This document shows, in pieces, positions 17,696 through 27,131 of a DNA stretch of 64,000 bases. Source of the stretch: a virus; IMG/VR virus record IMGVR_UViG_3300034159_000051, positions 1 to 64,000 of that record; one strand, written 5' to 3'. The notes under the pieces are model-generated. The model had not been told where the DNA came from. It did no database searches and saw only the letters and a program-made list of their open reading frames with translations. Both the position numbers and the translations under genes were made by a program. The first letter of the stretch is position 1. The number at the start of each line of letters is the position of its first letter.

Positions 17696-19672
17696 ATGAC
17701 CTCATTTGCAGATCGCGTGTGTGAAACAACGCAAACGATTGGGACTGGTCCTGTCACCCTCCTTGGCGCGCTTTCTGAGGGATACCAGCCATTTTCGGCG
17801 GCGTTTGTTAACGGCGATACGCCATATTATGCAATCGTCGCCGTGGACGCTATCGGCAACCCAACCGGGCAATGGGAGATCGGCCGCGGGACGTTCGCCT
17901 ACCCGAATCTCTATCGCTCGACGGTTTATTCCGTCTCTCCAGGGGATGCGAGCCCCGTCGATTTTTCGGCGGGCACAAAACGCGTCTGGTGCGATATTCC
18001 AGCTTTTTTCGCTACGACTTTGCTCAATTGGCTTGTCCCAAATGTGAAGGATTTCGGTGCGATCGGGGACGAATCGCATAATGACACCAACGCCGTTTTG
18101 GCTATGGCGTCAGCTATGGGTTATGTGAGGTTTGGACCTGGATCATATTTTCTCAGCACGGCGACGGTCGATGCCCCGCTAATTTTCGACTACGGCGCCA
18201 GCCTTTATGCCGGAGCAGGCCAGACCATCACCATCACAAATAGGATCGAAGCTCCTCGGTATTGGATTTTTCAAGGAACAGGGGCTTATGGACTCCAGAA
18301 TGACGGGAACTCCGGCGAAGACGCCCGCCAAGTTCATGCGAGCTGGTTCGGCGCCGTTCCGACAGGGATTGATAATAGCGTTGATATGATCCCACGTTTT
18401 GCCGCTTTATTTGCTGCTGTTGGCAACACAAGGGAGAGCGTGGTCGATGTCGACATCGGCAGGTACACGGTAAAAAGCGGATGCGCTGTGCCGCGAGCGT
18501 GCATGATCCGTGGCATGCACACCCGCAGGACGGTTTTTGCTGTTGAGGGGAGCGGGTACGACGTTTTCACGACTTCCGGCGTTGGCGTCCGCTTTGAGGG
18601 CATCCAGTTTGAGACGTGGCCAACTAATTACATGCGGACGAGCGGTTCGTTCATCACGATCGATCATGGGGAGTGCGAAGCCGAAGACATCCAACTTCAG
18701 AACGCCGTGGATGGAATCGTCATTAATGCCCTCAACGCCAACATAAAAACAGTCAGAGCGACATATGCCGCCTATCCCGGCGCAGGGTCCAGCGTTGTTA
18801 GAGCCTCCGGATCTCAGTCTGATGTTTCGGGGATTTCAGTTGATACATCGTCAGCCTATGGCCCAGAAGCTCTTGTAAGCGTCGGCGGCGCTTCGACGGT
18901 ATCTGCGACCAGCGTGCGGAATTTGAAATATCTTTGTCCTAGCATTGCTGTTTTGCTGAATGCGTCGGCGGCGAATGTGGTGAGAACATCAGTCGATGAT
19001 GTTACTTGCAACACATACTCAGGCACGAAGAAGCCTGTTGTAAAAACCGTGACTGGCGGAGCCTCGATCGTACAAATATTGAATATGTCAAACATGAAGG
19101 CTAGCTCTTACGCATCTGCATTACTGCGAGTAGAGCAAGGAAGCTCTGGTTATACAGAAGAAATACTTCTTAACCAATGCTCGACAGCTTCCGAAAACGG
19201 TATTGAGCTGGTGCGCACAAGTGGCGCAATCCGCGATGTCATCGTGTCCGACACATGCAACCTGAAAAACTGCACAACGTCAGTTTTGGAGACAGGAACG
19301 TCGATTTCCAGCATCAGGGTTTCACCCTTCGCGCTCGCAGACGCAAACGTTCCTGTCTGCTATGGGCGCACGATCGCCGATGATGGCGTCGTTGTGATTG
19401 ATCTGATGCGTCCTGTGTACACGGGCAAGCTAACCATGACGCAAGGTGTGAATTTTGGAGAAGCAGCATTCCGAGCGGCGACAACCCCAACCCTTACAAG
19501 CATGGGACTGTCAGCGAATGTCAACCTTGCGGCGGCGGGAACCGTTTTGACAGGAACGACCGGCACAGACGGCAAGATCACGATCTCGGTTTCACCGGAA
19601 ACAATCTACGTCGAAAACAGGGGCGGATCGCAGCAGTTCTTCTCGATCGAGGTATCAACAGGCGTGATTTAA
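17696..19672 (+). CDS. Tailspike-like protein: DRVxET anchor plus pectate-lyase-3 beta helix
   Basis: ADRVCETT.T.GTG N-terminus; NVKDFGAIGD..NDT.A motif; lower-GC distal part. Confidence 0.8.
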   Translation: MTSFADRVCETTQTIGTGPVTLLGALSEGYQPFSAAFVNGDTPYYAIVAVDAIGNPTGQWEIGRGTFAYPNLYRSTVYSVSPGDASPVDFSAGTKRVWCDIPAFFATTLLNWLVPNVKDFGAIGDESHNDTNAVLAMASAMGYVRFGPGSYFLSTATVDAPLIFDYGASLYAGAGQTITITNRIEAPRYWIFQGTGAYGLQNDGNSGEDARQVHASWFGAVPTGIDNSVDMIPRFAALFAAVGNTRESVVDVDIGRYTVKSGCAVPRACMIRGMHTRRTVFAVEGSGYDVFTTSGVGVRFEGIQFETWPTNYMRTSGSFITIDHGECEAEDIQLQNAVDGIVINALNANIKTVRATYAAYPGAGSSVVRASGSQSDVSGISVDTSSAYGPEALVSVGGASTVSATSVRNLKYLCPSIAVLLNASAANVVRTSVDDVTCNTYSGTKKPVVKTVTGGASIVQILNMSNMKASSYASALLRVEQGSSGYTEEILLNQCSTASENGIELVRTSGAIRDVIVSDTCNLKNCTTSVLETGTSISSIRVSPFALADANVPVCYGRTIADDGVVVIDLMRPVYTGKLTMTQGVNFGEAAFRAATTPTLTSMGLSANVNLAAAGTVLTGTTGTDGKITISVSPETIYVENRGGSQQFFSIEVSTGVI

Positions 19673-19767
19673 TCGCCCCTGCAGAACTTCTGGATAATTC
19701 TTGATGCTGGCAAGTTTTCCATTGCTCATCCATCGAACCCCTGATAAATAACTGAGAATCCCCAAAA

Positions 19768-20283
19768 ATGGCTACTTTGCGAGGCGGCGAAAAGCTAGAG
19801 GAAAAGCTCGGCGAGCTTGCAAAAGGCCTTTCCAAGGCCGCAACGCTCCGTGTCGGCTGGCCGGTCTCAACCGCCTATGAGGATGGAACCCAGGTCGGCC
19901 TGATCGCGGCGATCAACGAGTTCGGCGCGCCCTCGCGCGGGCAACCGCCCCGGCCTTTTATGAGGATCGCCATCCAGGACAACTCTCCGCATTGGCCCGG
20001 TCAAGTTGCGAGCCTTCTCGCGGCGTCCAATTATGACGCGACCGCAACCCTAAACCTTATGGGGGCGGAAGTCGTCGGTCAGGTCCAAGATTCCATTGAT
20101 GCCCTGATGGACCCGCCGCTCGCCGCATCCACAATAGCCAAGAAAGGGCACGACAAACCCCTTATTGAGACAAATCTGATGCGATCCAGCGTCACCTTCG
20201 AAGTCATCGAGGCCGAAGGGCGGCGGGGAGGCTGGGCGTCCCGACTTGCGCAATCGATTAGAAGCTTCTTCGGAGGATGGTGA
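19768..20283 (+). CDS. Neck/tail completion protein (HK97 gp10-like)
   Basis: Y.DGT.V..IA..NEFG..PPRPFMR and PPLA.STI.KKG.DKPLI.T motifs. Confidence 0.85.
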   Translation: MATLRGGEKLEEKLGELAKGLSKAATLRVGWPVSTAYEDGTQVGLIAAINEFGAPSRGQPPRPFMRIAIQDNSPHWPGQVASLLAASNYDATATLNLMGAEVVGQVQDSIDALMDPPLAASTIAKKGHDKPLIETNLMRSSVTFEVIEAEGRRGGWASRLAQSIRSFFGGW

Positions 20284-20285
20284 CC

Positions 20286-20480
20286 ATGGACGTGATGGAC
20301 GGAGTGCCCGGCATCTTCATCCCGCTTTGGCTGATCTGGAAAGCATTTCAGATCGCAGGCGGCGTCGCGTGCCTATGGGCGGCCTTCCGCCTCGGCAGGT
20401 GGTCTGCGCAACCGTTGCCGACATTCGAAGCGGAGGAGGATGCGACCATCAACCGGAAAGTCGTGGCGATCCGCGCATGA
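20286..20480 (+). CDS. Small membrane protein inserted between neck genes
   Basis: GGAGG RBS, hydrophobic stretch, ATGA overlap with the next gene. Confidence 0.5.
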   Translation: MDVMDGVPGIFIPLWLIWKAFQIAGGVACLWAAFRLGRWSAQPLPTFEAEEDATINRKVVAIRA

Positions 20481-20857
20481 ACCTCTTCGCCATTACAGCT
20501 CCGCTTGTCTCCGCCGTCAACCCTCGCGAGCGCGTGACGGTTTATGCATCGACCGGAAGCACGACAGACGCCGATGGAGGCCGCACGCCGTCTTACGGGG
20601 CCGGCGTCTCGGTGTTGGCGCAGATCCAAGAACTCACCCATACCGACCTTATGATGCTAGACGGCCTCAATATCCAGGCTGAAACGGTCGTCATGTACCT
20701 ACCTGGGAAGTGGTCCGCGGCATCTCGCGCCGATCAAAAGGGCGGGGACCGCATCATCCGCGCCGACGGGACAAACTGGTTACTGACTGTTCTGGACGAG
20801 AGCTGGCAGGGCGCTTCCGGGTGGTGTCGGATCATCGCAACCCGGCAGGTTCCCTGA
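20477..20857 (+). CDS. Head closure/stopper protein
   Basis: MNL..I....V..VNP, AQIQ.L...DL...GLNIQ, GGD..W..V.E.W. Confidence 0.8.
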   Translation: MNLFAITAPLVSAVNPRERVTVYASTGSTTDADGGRTPSYGAGVSVLAQIQELTHTDLMMLDGLNIQAETVVMYLPGKWSAASRADQKGGDRIIRADGTNWLLTVLDESWQGASGWCRIIATRQVP

Positions 20858-21591
20858 TGTCCATCGTTCTTTCCCTTTCGGAATCCCAAGCGCTGACCGC
20901 CTTGCGTGGCGCATTGACGGCTATGCTGCCGTCGGGCGTCGAGGTCATCAAGGCCCAGCAAAACCGCGTTCCCGAGCCGCTCGCTGGCGATTTTGTCGTG
21001 ATGACGCCGATCTTGCGCACCCGACTTGAAACCAACACGGATATGTACCAGGACGTTCGCTTCACAGGGAGCGCGTCAGGCGTGGTTTTGACCGTCGAAA
21101 GCGTTGATTTTGGCGTTCTGCAAACCGCCTATATCCCGTTGTTGTTTGGCCCGACCGTGACGGCGGGAACGATTATTGCCGATCAGACATCGGGATCGCC
21201 CGGTGGCGCCGGAACCTACACGATCTCGAAGAGCCAAACCATCGCCACTGGCGAGCTTTCCGCGGGTCTCGTCGGCATCAAGCAGCCGGTGCAATTCACC
21301 GTGCAGCTCGACGTTCACGGCCCGTCAAGCGGAGACAATGCGCAGATCATCTCGACGCTGTTGCGCGATATTTACGGCGCGGATTTGTTCGCTGCGTCCG
21401 GCTACGACGTCACTCCGCTTTTCGCAGGGGATCCGCATCAAGCTCCATTTCAAAACGCCGAAAAGCAGACCGAGTGGCGCTGGATTTGCGACGCCCAGCT
21501 TCAGGTCAATTCGATCGTGTTTGCGCCGCAGCAATTTATGGATACGGCGATTGTGGCCGTCGGTCCGCCCGAAGACGCGTACCAGCTTTAA
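20857..21591 (+). CDS. Tail terminator/neck protein with inserted beta module
   Basis: Q.NRVPEP...FVVMTP, VQLD.HGP, PLFA.DP.Q.PF.N.E.Q.E.RW. Confidence 0.8.
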   Translation: MSIVLSLSESQALTALRGALTAMLPSGVEVIKAQQNRVPEPLAGDFVVMTPILRTRLETNTDMYQDVRFTGSASGVVLTVESVDFGVLQTAYIPLLFGPTVTAGTIIADQTSGSPGGAGTYTISKSQTIATGELSAGLVGIKQPVQFTVQLDVHGPSSGDNAQIISTLLRDIYGADLFAASGYDVTPLFAGDPHQAPFQNAEKQTEWRWICDAQLQVNSIVFAPQQFMDTAIVAVGPPEDAYQL

Positions 21592-21615
21592 AGCAAAACC
21601 ATCCATCCAACCCAG

Positions 21616-21643
21616 AAAGGCCCGTTAACGCGGGCCTTTTTTT
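21616..21643 (+). terminator. Rho-independent terminator
   Basis: AAAGGCCCG...CGGGCCTTT followed by a T-run. Confidence 0.85.
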
Positions 21644-21675
21644 ATTGGGCGCTTACCTAGAAGGACTCACAATCG

Positions 21676-23430
21676 ATGACGATTCCGGCAAATTATATTG
21701 CCCGCGTGATCCCCGGCGTGGTGACTGCCGGTGGGTCGGCGATGCAAATGAACGGCGTGTTCTTGACCGGCAGCACGCGGGTTCCTTTAAGCTCAAACGG
21801 TTATCCAACCGTCCAGAGCTTCACGTCCGCGCTCGATGTCTCTCAGTTTTTCGGGGCCACGTCCGATGAATACGAGGCGGCGAAAATTTACTTTGCGGGC
21901 TTCCTGAATTGCACGAAGTACCCGGCCGCCATGTATTTCGCGCAATATCCGGGCGGAGCAACAAGCGCGGCGGTCGCCGCATGGCTCAGAAGCGGCAACG
22001 TCTCCGGCCTCGGCCTTCCAGCGATCAAAGCGATCACATCGGGCACGCTGACCGTGACCATCGACGGATACGCCCACACCGCGGCGGCGCTTGATCTTTC
22101 AGGGGCGACCTCCTTTAGCTCGGCCGCGGCTCTCATCCAATCCGCGATCAACGCCTCAAACCCGAGCGTGGCGTCCGTCACGGGAGCCATTGCGTCGACA
22201 ACGCTCACGGTGACGGCGGTTTCAAGCGGAACGCTTTCTGTCGGGCAAACCATCACGGGCGGCACCATCCCGGCCGGAACGATCATCACGGCTCTCGGTA
22301 CAGGAACGGGATTGACCGGCACTTACACCGTCAATCAGGCCGTCACTCAGACCTCAACCACAATCACCGCCCTGCCGACGCTTCCCACCGTCACCTACGA
22401 CAGCATCAGGGGGGCCTTTGTCGTCACGTCCGGGATTACAGGGGCCGCGTCGCAGGCCGCCTACGCCACCGGCACGCTGGCCAACACGCTGCTTCTTTCA
22501 TCCTCTAAGGGCGCGATGATCTCGCAGGGGGCGCCGGCGATAGCCCCAGGCTCCTTTATGGACAACCTCTCCCAGATCAACCAGAATTGGGGGACGTTCA
22601 CGACCATTTTCGACCCGGACAACAGCGTCGGCAATACTCAGAAGCTGGCCTTTTGCGCATGGGCGAACAGTCAGGCCAACCGCTTCGCCTATGTATGTTG
22701 GGACGCCGACGTCAGCCCGACGACATCGAACAACGCGACCGGGAGCCTTGGCTACCTCATCGGGACGTCCGGGAACAACTATTCCGGGATTTGCCTAGTC
22801 TGGGATTCGAGCTATATCGGCGCAACATTTGCAATGAGCTTTGCGGCCTCGCTCGACTTCCAAGCCTATAACGGGCGGGCCACGCTCGCGTTCAAGAGTC
22901 AAAATGGCCTTGTCGCCAAGGTCACGCAGCAGCTTATCGCGTCGAACCTGACCGCAAACGGATACAACTACTATGGGGCTTGGGCGACGGCGAACCAAGA
23001 CTTCTTGTTCATGTATCCGGGCGAGATTAGCGGCCCGTTCCTCTGGTTCGATTCTTACATCAACCAGATTTGGCTTTCGAATCAGCTTCAGCTCGCGATT
23101 ATGAACCTGTTCACGCAGGTCAAGTCGATCCCCTATAACGTGGCGGGCTACACCATGATCGAGGCGGCTTGCATGGACCCAATTCTGCAAGGCGTCAACT
23201 TCGGCGCGATCCGAGCAGGCGTCACCCTTTCACAGGGGCAAATCTCGCAGGTTAACTCGGTCGCCGGAAAATCGATCGACCAGACGTTGTCGCAGCGCGG
23301 CTGGTATTTCCTCGTTCAGGACGCCCAGCCGCAGGTCCGCGCGGCTCGGCAATCGCCGCCCTGTTACCTTTGGTACATGGACGGCCAGAGCGTCCAGGCG
23401 CTGACGATCAACTCTCTCGACGTCCTCTAA
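21676..23430 (+). CDS. Tail sheath protein (DUF3383 family)
   Basis: MTIPA..I..V.PGV, FFG.TS.EY..A..YF.GF, KSIPYN..GY, R.ARQSP...WY.DG.SVQ. Confidence 0.92.
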   Translation: MTIPANYIARVIPGVVTAGGSAMQMNGVFLTGSTRVPLSSNGYPTVQSFTSALDVSQFFGATSDEYEAAKIYFAGFLNCTKYPAAMYFAQYPGGATSAAVAAWLRSGNVSGLGLPAIKAITSGTLTVTIDGYAHTAAALDLSGATSFSSAAALIQSAINASNPSVASVTGAIASTTLTVTAVSSGTLSVGQTITGGTIPAGTIITALGTGTGLTGTYTVNQAVTQTSTTITALPTLPTVTYDSIRGAFVVTSGITGAASQAAYATGTLANTLLLSSSKGAMISQGAPAIAPGSFMDNLSQINQNWGTFTTIFDPDNSVGNTQKLAFCAWANSQANRFAYVCWDADVSPTTSNNATGSLGYLIGTSGNNYSGICLVWDSSYIGATFAMSFAASLDFQAYNGRATLAFKSQNGLVAKVTQQLIASNLTANGYNYYGAWATANQDFLFMYPGEISGPFLWFDSYINQIWLSNQLQLAIMNLFTQVKSIPYNVAGYTMIEAACMDPILQGVNFGAIRAGVTLSQGQISQVNSVAGKSIDQTLSQRGWYFLVQDAQPQVRAARQSPPCYLWYMDGQSVQALTINSLDVL

Positions 23431-23455
23431 TCCACCCAACCCCTTCCACCCGCAA

Positions 23456-23478
23456 GGCCGCCAGCAAGGCGGCTTTTT
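23456..23478 (+). terminator. Terminator/attenuator between sheath and tube
   Basis: GGCCGCC-AGCAA-GGCGGCT followed by TTTT. Confidence 0.65.
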
Positions 23479-23498
23479 CAATTTAGGGAGCCGCTTCA

Positions 23499-23927
23499 AT
23501 GGCGAGCATTACCTCGGTAAACAGCGTCTACATCCTGGCGGTCCCCGGTGTGTTCGCCGCCACCCAGCTGCAAGGGTTTGCGGCCGACGACATTTACGGA
23601 ACCGACCCCGTCGAACTCGCCGAGACCATGATGGGCGTCGATGGCATTTTGTCGGCCGGCTTCGTCAAGATGCCGATCCGGCAGGGCATCAGTTTGCAAG
23701 CGGATTCGCTCTCGATCCAGTATTTCGAGCAGTGGAACGTCGCACAGCGCGCCATCAACGACGTCTATTTCGCAAACGCGACCATCACGCTCACCTCGAT
23801 AGGGCGCAAATACAACTGCGAGCGCGGCGTACTCGGAACCTATCCGATTCTCTCAGACGCCGGCCGCGTCCTCAAGCCCAGGCGCTTCCAGCTCACATGG
23901 CAGAGCATCACCCCGGCCGCAATTTAG
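23499..23927 (+). CDS. Tail tube protein
   Basis: ITS.NS, LQGFAADD, MGVDG.LSAGFV, LQADS.S; follows the sheath. Confidence 0.85.
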   Translation: MASITSVNSVYILAVPGVFAATQLQGFAADDIYGTDPVELAETMMGVDGILSAGFVKMPIRQGISLQADSLSIQYFEQWNVAQRAINDVYFANATITLTSIGRKYNCERGVLGTYPILSDAGRVLKPRRFQLTWQSITPAAI

Positions 23928-23939
23928 TAAGGAGCGACC

Positions 23940-24353
23940 ATGGCGCGCAAAGAAATCACGATTATGATCGCGGAGGATGGGCGGGACAAGGGAAAGCAGT
24001 TCCGCATCCGTGAAATGGACGCCGACAAGGCGGAATGGTGGGCGATCCGAACTTTACTCGCGCTCGGCAAGGCGAATCCGGATCTCGGCAACGCCTACGA
24101 AGCCGGCATGGGTATGGCCGCCCTCGCGGTCGCTGGGCTCAAGTCGTTTATGATGTTGCACCCGGAAGACGCCAAGCCGCTTTTGGATGAGATGATGTCC
24201 TGCATCGACGTCTTGCCAGATCCGAAAAATCCGAACGTCATTCGCCCGCTCTTCCCCGAAGACATCGAGGAAGTGGCCACGCGCCTTAAGCTGAGAAGCG
24301 AGGTGTTCCAGCTTCACACGGGTTTTTTGCTACCCGGAAGACGGTCGAGTTAG
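23940..24353 (+). CDS. Tail assembly chaperone
   Basis: GRDKGK.F.I.EM.A..AE.W and DIEEV.T.L.LR..VF.LH.GF; lies between tube and tape measure. Confidence 0.85.
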   Translation: MARKEITIMIAEDGRDKGKQFRIREMDADKAEWWAIRTLLALGKANPDLGNAYEAGMGMAALAVAGLKSFMMLHPEDAKPLLDEMMSCIDVLPDPKNPNVIRPLFPEDIEEVATRLKLRSEVFQLHTGFLLPGRRSS

Positions 24354-24556
24354 ACCTCGGCACAGACGAGTTTTCCGGGCTGGCTGAATACACGAACATC
24401 CCGCGCACCATCGGGGCCGTCGTTTCGAGTGGGAAAGCCACTCTTCGAGAATGCCAATCTTGGTACTCTATCGAAGATGTATATAATATTTTGGAGGTAA
24501 TTTCAATCGATGCACATAATCGCCGCGTCGTAGAAAAAGCTCCACCGCAAGATTAA
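24320..24556 (+). CDS. -1 frameshift extension of the tail chaperone (lambda G/GT-type)
   Basis: Slippery G GGT TTT at 24320-24326. The -1 frame is open to TAA 24554-24556 and contains no ATG; it reads EYTNIPRTIGAVVSSGKATL...YSIEDVY. Confidence 0.8.
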   Translation, partial: GFFATRKTVELDLGTDEFSGLAEYTNIPRTIGAVVSSGKATLRECQSWYSIEDVYNILEVISIDAHNRRVVEKAPPQD

Positions 24557-24572
24557 GGAACCCATCAATCCA

Positions 24573-27113
24573 ATGAGCACGGTTCTCGACTCCATTTTGG
24601 TCGAACTCGGGCTCGACCCGTCGAAATTCATCGACGGCATGAAGAAGACGATCGAGGAATCCCGCAAGGGCACCGATGAGCTTGAGAGCCATTTCAAACG
24701 GCTGAAGGGGACAACGGACGCTGCGTCTTCCTCGATCGAGGTGTTGACCAAGGCAGCAGGGAAACTCTTCGCGGCCCTGGCCTCCGTGCAGACCGCCAAG
24801 GCCTTTGCGACGTTCGCAACGCATATCGCCATGAACGACGCCGCGCTTGGGCGCGTCGCCGCAAATATCGGGATCAAGCCACAAGACCTTGCAGCGTGGG
24901 GCATGGCGGCCGAGCGAATTGGCGGAAGCCCGCAGGCGACCTATTCTTCGGTCCGAAATCTGCAAGACAAGATCAATTCGACGACTATCGGCGGCGTCAT
25001 GCCGAATGAGTTTTTCTATATCAGCCAAGAGGCGGAGCGGCTCGGCGCCAAGAAAATCCCGTGGGGCAAGAACGTAAACCCGAACGATACGATTTTCGGG
25101 CTCAACAGTTCCTTGCATGTCCTCGGCAAACAAAACAGGCCGCTCGCAAGCAAGCTCGCCAGAGACATCGGCTACGACGACAGCACGACAAACCTGCTTA
25201 TCCAGAAAGGCCCTGAATTCCTCAGGGAATGGCAGGACATTCGCCAGAAGCTAACGCCGAGCGATGAAGACATCCGGGCGGGCGAGCGCCTGCAAGCGGC
25301 GTGGGCGAAGCTCTACCAGACCTTTGATCAACTGGTCCGCATCATCGAGACGGCGAACAACAAGGAATTTGTCGGCCTTATCGATTTTTTCACGTCCCTC
25401 GTCGATCAGCTGATTCGAATTGTCGAGCTTGGGAGGCTGAGCGGCGGCGGCGCGGCTGGAACCGGCGAAACGCTTTATCGGCGCATTGAGCTTCCCGGCA
25501 CATACAATCGGATTCAGCGCGCACTCGGACGCGGTGGATACCGATACGAAAAAGCAAGAGGCGGCGGCGGCGGAGGGTCGTCAGGCGGAGGCGGAGCCTA
25601 TTACTACGGCGGGGCGGCCGGAGGCGGCGGTGGCGCGCAGGGAGGCCAGAGGGAAGACACCTACCAGCGCGTGCCTTTGCCCGGAACACATAACCGCATT
25701 CAACGCGCACTTGGGCGCGGCGGCTATAAGTACGAAAAAGTGCAAGGCGGAGGCGGATCGGCTGGATCTGTAGGATGGGCGGCGCCAGCGCCGGGATGGA
25801 TCACAAAACCAGAAAAACAGGCTATCGCCAGATCCGTAGTCGAAAAATGGCGCAAAGAAGGCGCATCAGACGCAGCCATCGCTGGCGTTCTCGCCAACCT
25901 TCGTGATGAAACGCCATTTGACCCAAATCTTCGAGAATACGATCAGCCAAGATTTTCAAGATCTGATGAGCGTGGCTATGCCCACGGCCTTTATCAAGAG
26001 GGGGCGGGGGAGTGGACGGCTTACTCAAAGTGGCTAAACGGGCGCGATTGGCGGGATCACAATCTGCAAAGCGAGTTTGCGGCCTATAATCTTAGAACGA
26101 ATTATCCGTCGACATGGGCAAAAATGAATGCCGCCACCAAAGAGCAAGCGGCACAAATCTATGTTAATGAATACCTGAAACCCGCAACACGGTGGCGTAT
26201 CCCGAGGATGAACAAATATGCACGCGGCGTCCCCGGCATAGAATATTATACCGAGGGTCGCGGTGGCCAAGGAACATCGCCGGCATTGGGCTCCGCCGGG
26301 CCGGCGAACGTCGGCGGAGGGGGCGGCGGCCTTGTCTCTCCCGTTACGGGGGATTTTGGCGGCTGGTCAAGCAACCATTACGGAGCGGCGCGGGGATGGC
26401 GGCGACGCCATTCTGGTGTTGACTGGCATGCCGCCACAGGCTCGGCGGCTTACGCCATGAAGGGCGGCACCGTCATTTATAGAGGTTATTCCCAAGGCTA
26501 CCAGGGAAATATCGCAATCCTCGATGACGATGGGACAACGATCAGGCGATACGCTGTTCACGGCGCGACCGAGAATTTAGCAATTGGCGCAAAGGTTGCT
26601 GCGGGGTCCAGGATCGGGACGATCGATAGGGGCCATCTCCATTATGAGGAGATTCCTCGAGACCTTAATGGGAGGCCGAACTACGTTTTCCGAGAATTTC
26701 TGGCAAACTCCAGAAGCAATTCGTTTACGTCGACAGCCCATCAGCGCGGAACGCAACTTCCGCTCGGCGGACGTCTGCCCTACGGAACGCAGGTGCAGGC
26801 GGGCTCCCTCCTCTTTCCGAACGAACCAAACCGCGATTTGCGCGGCTATCTGAACCACCATCGCGAAACGCTGCGCAAAGAACACATCCGCCGAATCATC
26901 CGCGTCCACGGCGCGGCTCTTTCGTCGGCGAGCGGCCCAACCGTCCGCCACACAACCAATACAACGGATTCTCATTTTCACTCTCCCGTGGTTGTCCACT
27001 CCAACGCCATGACCGGAAAGGAGCTGATGGGACACATCAAAGACGCCATCGCTAGGAAGGCCAAGCGGGCGGAGAAGCCGTTATCCGAAAGCACCGAACG
27101 CGCAGAGAAGTAA
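24573..27113 (+). CDS. Tape-measure-like protein 1 with tail-lysozyme-like and M23 peptidase domains
   Basis: Helical N-terminus LVELGLDPSKF; AIAGVLAN...E...GLYQ; HSGVD...HLHYE. Confidence 0.85.
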   Translation: MSTVLDSILVELGLDPSKFIDGMKKTIEESRKGTDELESHFKRLKGTTDAASSSIEVLTKAAGKLFAALASVQTAKAFATFATHIAMNDAALGRVAANIGIKPQDLAAWGMAAERIGGSPQATYSSVRNLQDKINSTTIGGVMPNEFFYISQEAERLGAKKIPWGKNVNPNDTIFGLNSSLHVLGKQNRPLASKLARDIGYDDSTTNLLIQKGPEFLREWQDIRQKLTPSDEDIRAGERLQAAWAKLYQTFDQLVRIIETANNKEFVGLIDFFTSLVDQLIRIVELGRLSGGGAAGTGETLYRRIELPGTYNRIQRALGRGGYRYEKARGGGGGGSSGGGGAYYYGGAAGGGGGAQGGQREDTYQRVPLPGTHNRIQRALGRGGYKYEKVQGGGGSAGSVGWAAPAPGWITKPEKQAIARSVVEKWRKEGASDAAIAGVLANLRDETPFDPNLREYDQPRFSRSDERGYAHGLYQEGAGEWTAYSKWLNGRDWRDHNLQSEFAAYNLRTNYPSTWAKMNAATKEQAAQIYVNEYLKPATRWRIPRMNKYARGVPGIEYYTEGRGGQGTSPALGSAGPANVGGGGGGLVSPVTGDFGGWSSNHYGAARGWRRRHSGVDWHAATGSAAYAMKGGTVIYRGYSQGYQGNIAILDDDGTTIRRYAVHGATENLAIGAKVAAGSRIGTIDRGHLHYEEIPRDLNGRPNYVFREFLANSRSNSFTSTAHQRGTQLPLGGRLPYGTQVQAGSLLFPNEPNRDLRGYLNHHRETLRKEHIRRIIRVHGAALSSASGPTVRHTTNTTDSHFHSPVVVHSNAMTGKELMGHIKDAIARKAKRAEKPLSESTERAEK

Positions 27114-27131
27114 AAACCGGATCATCTGAAA

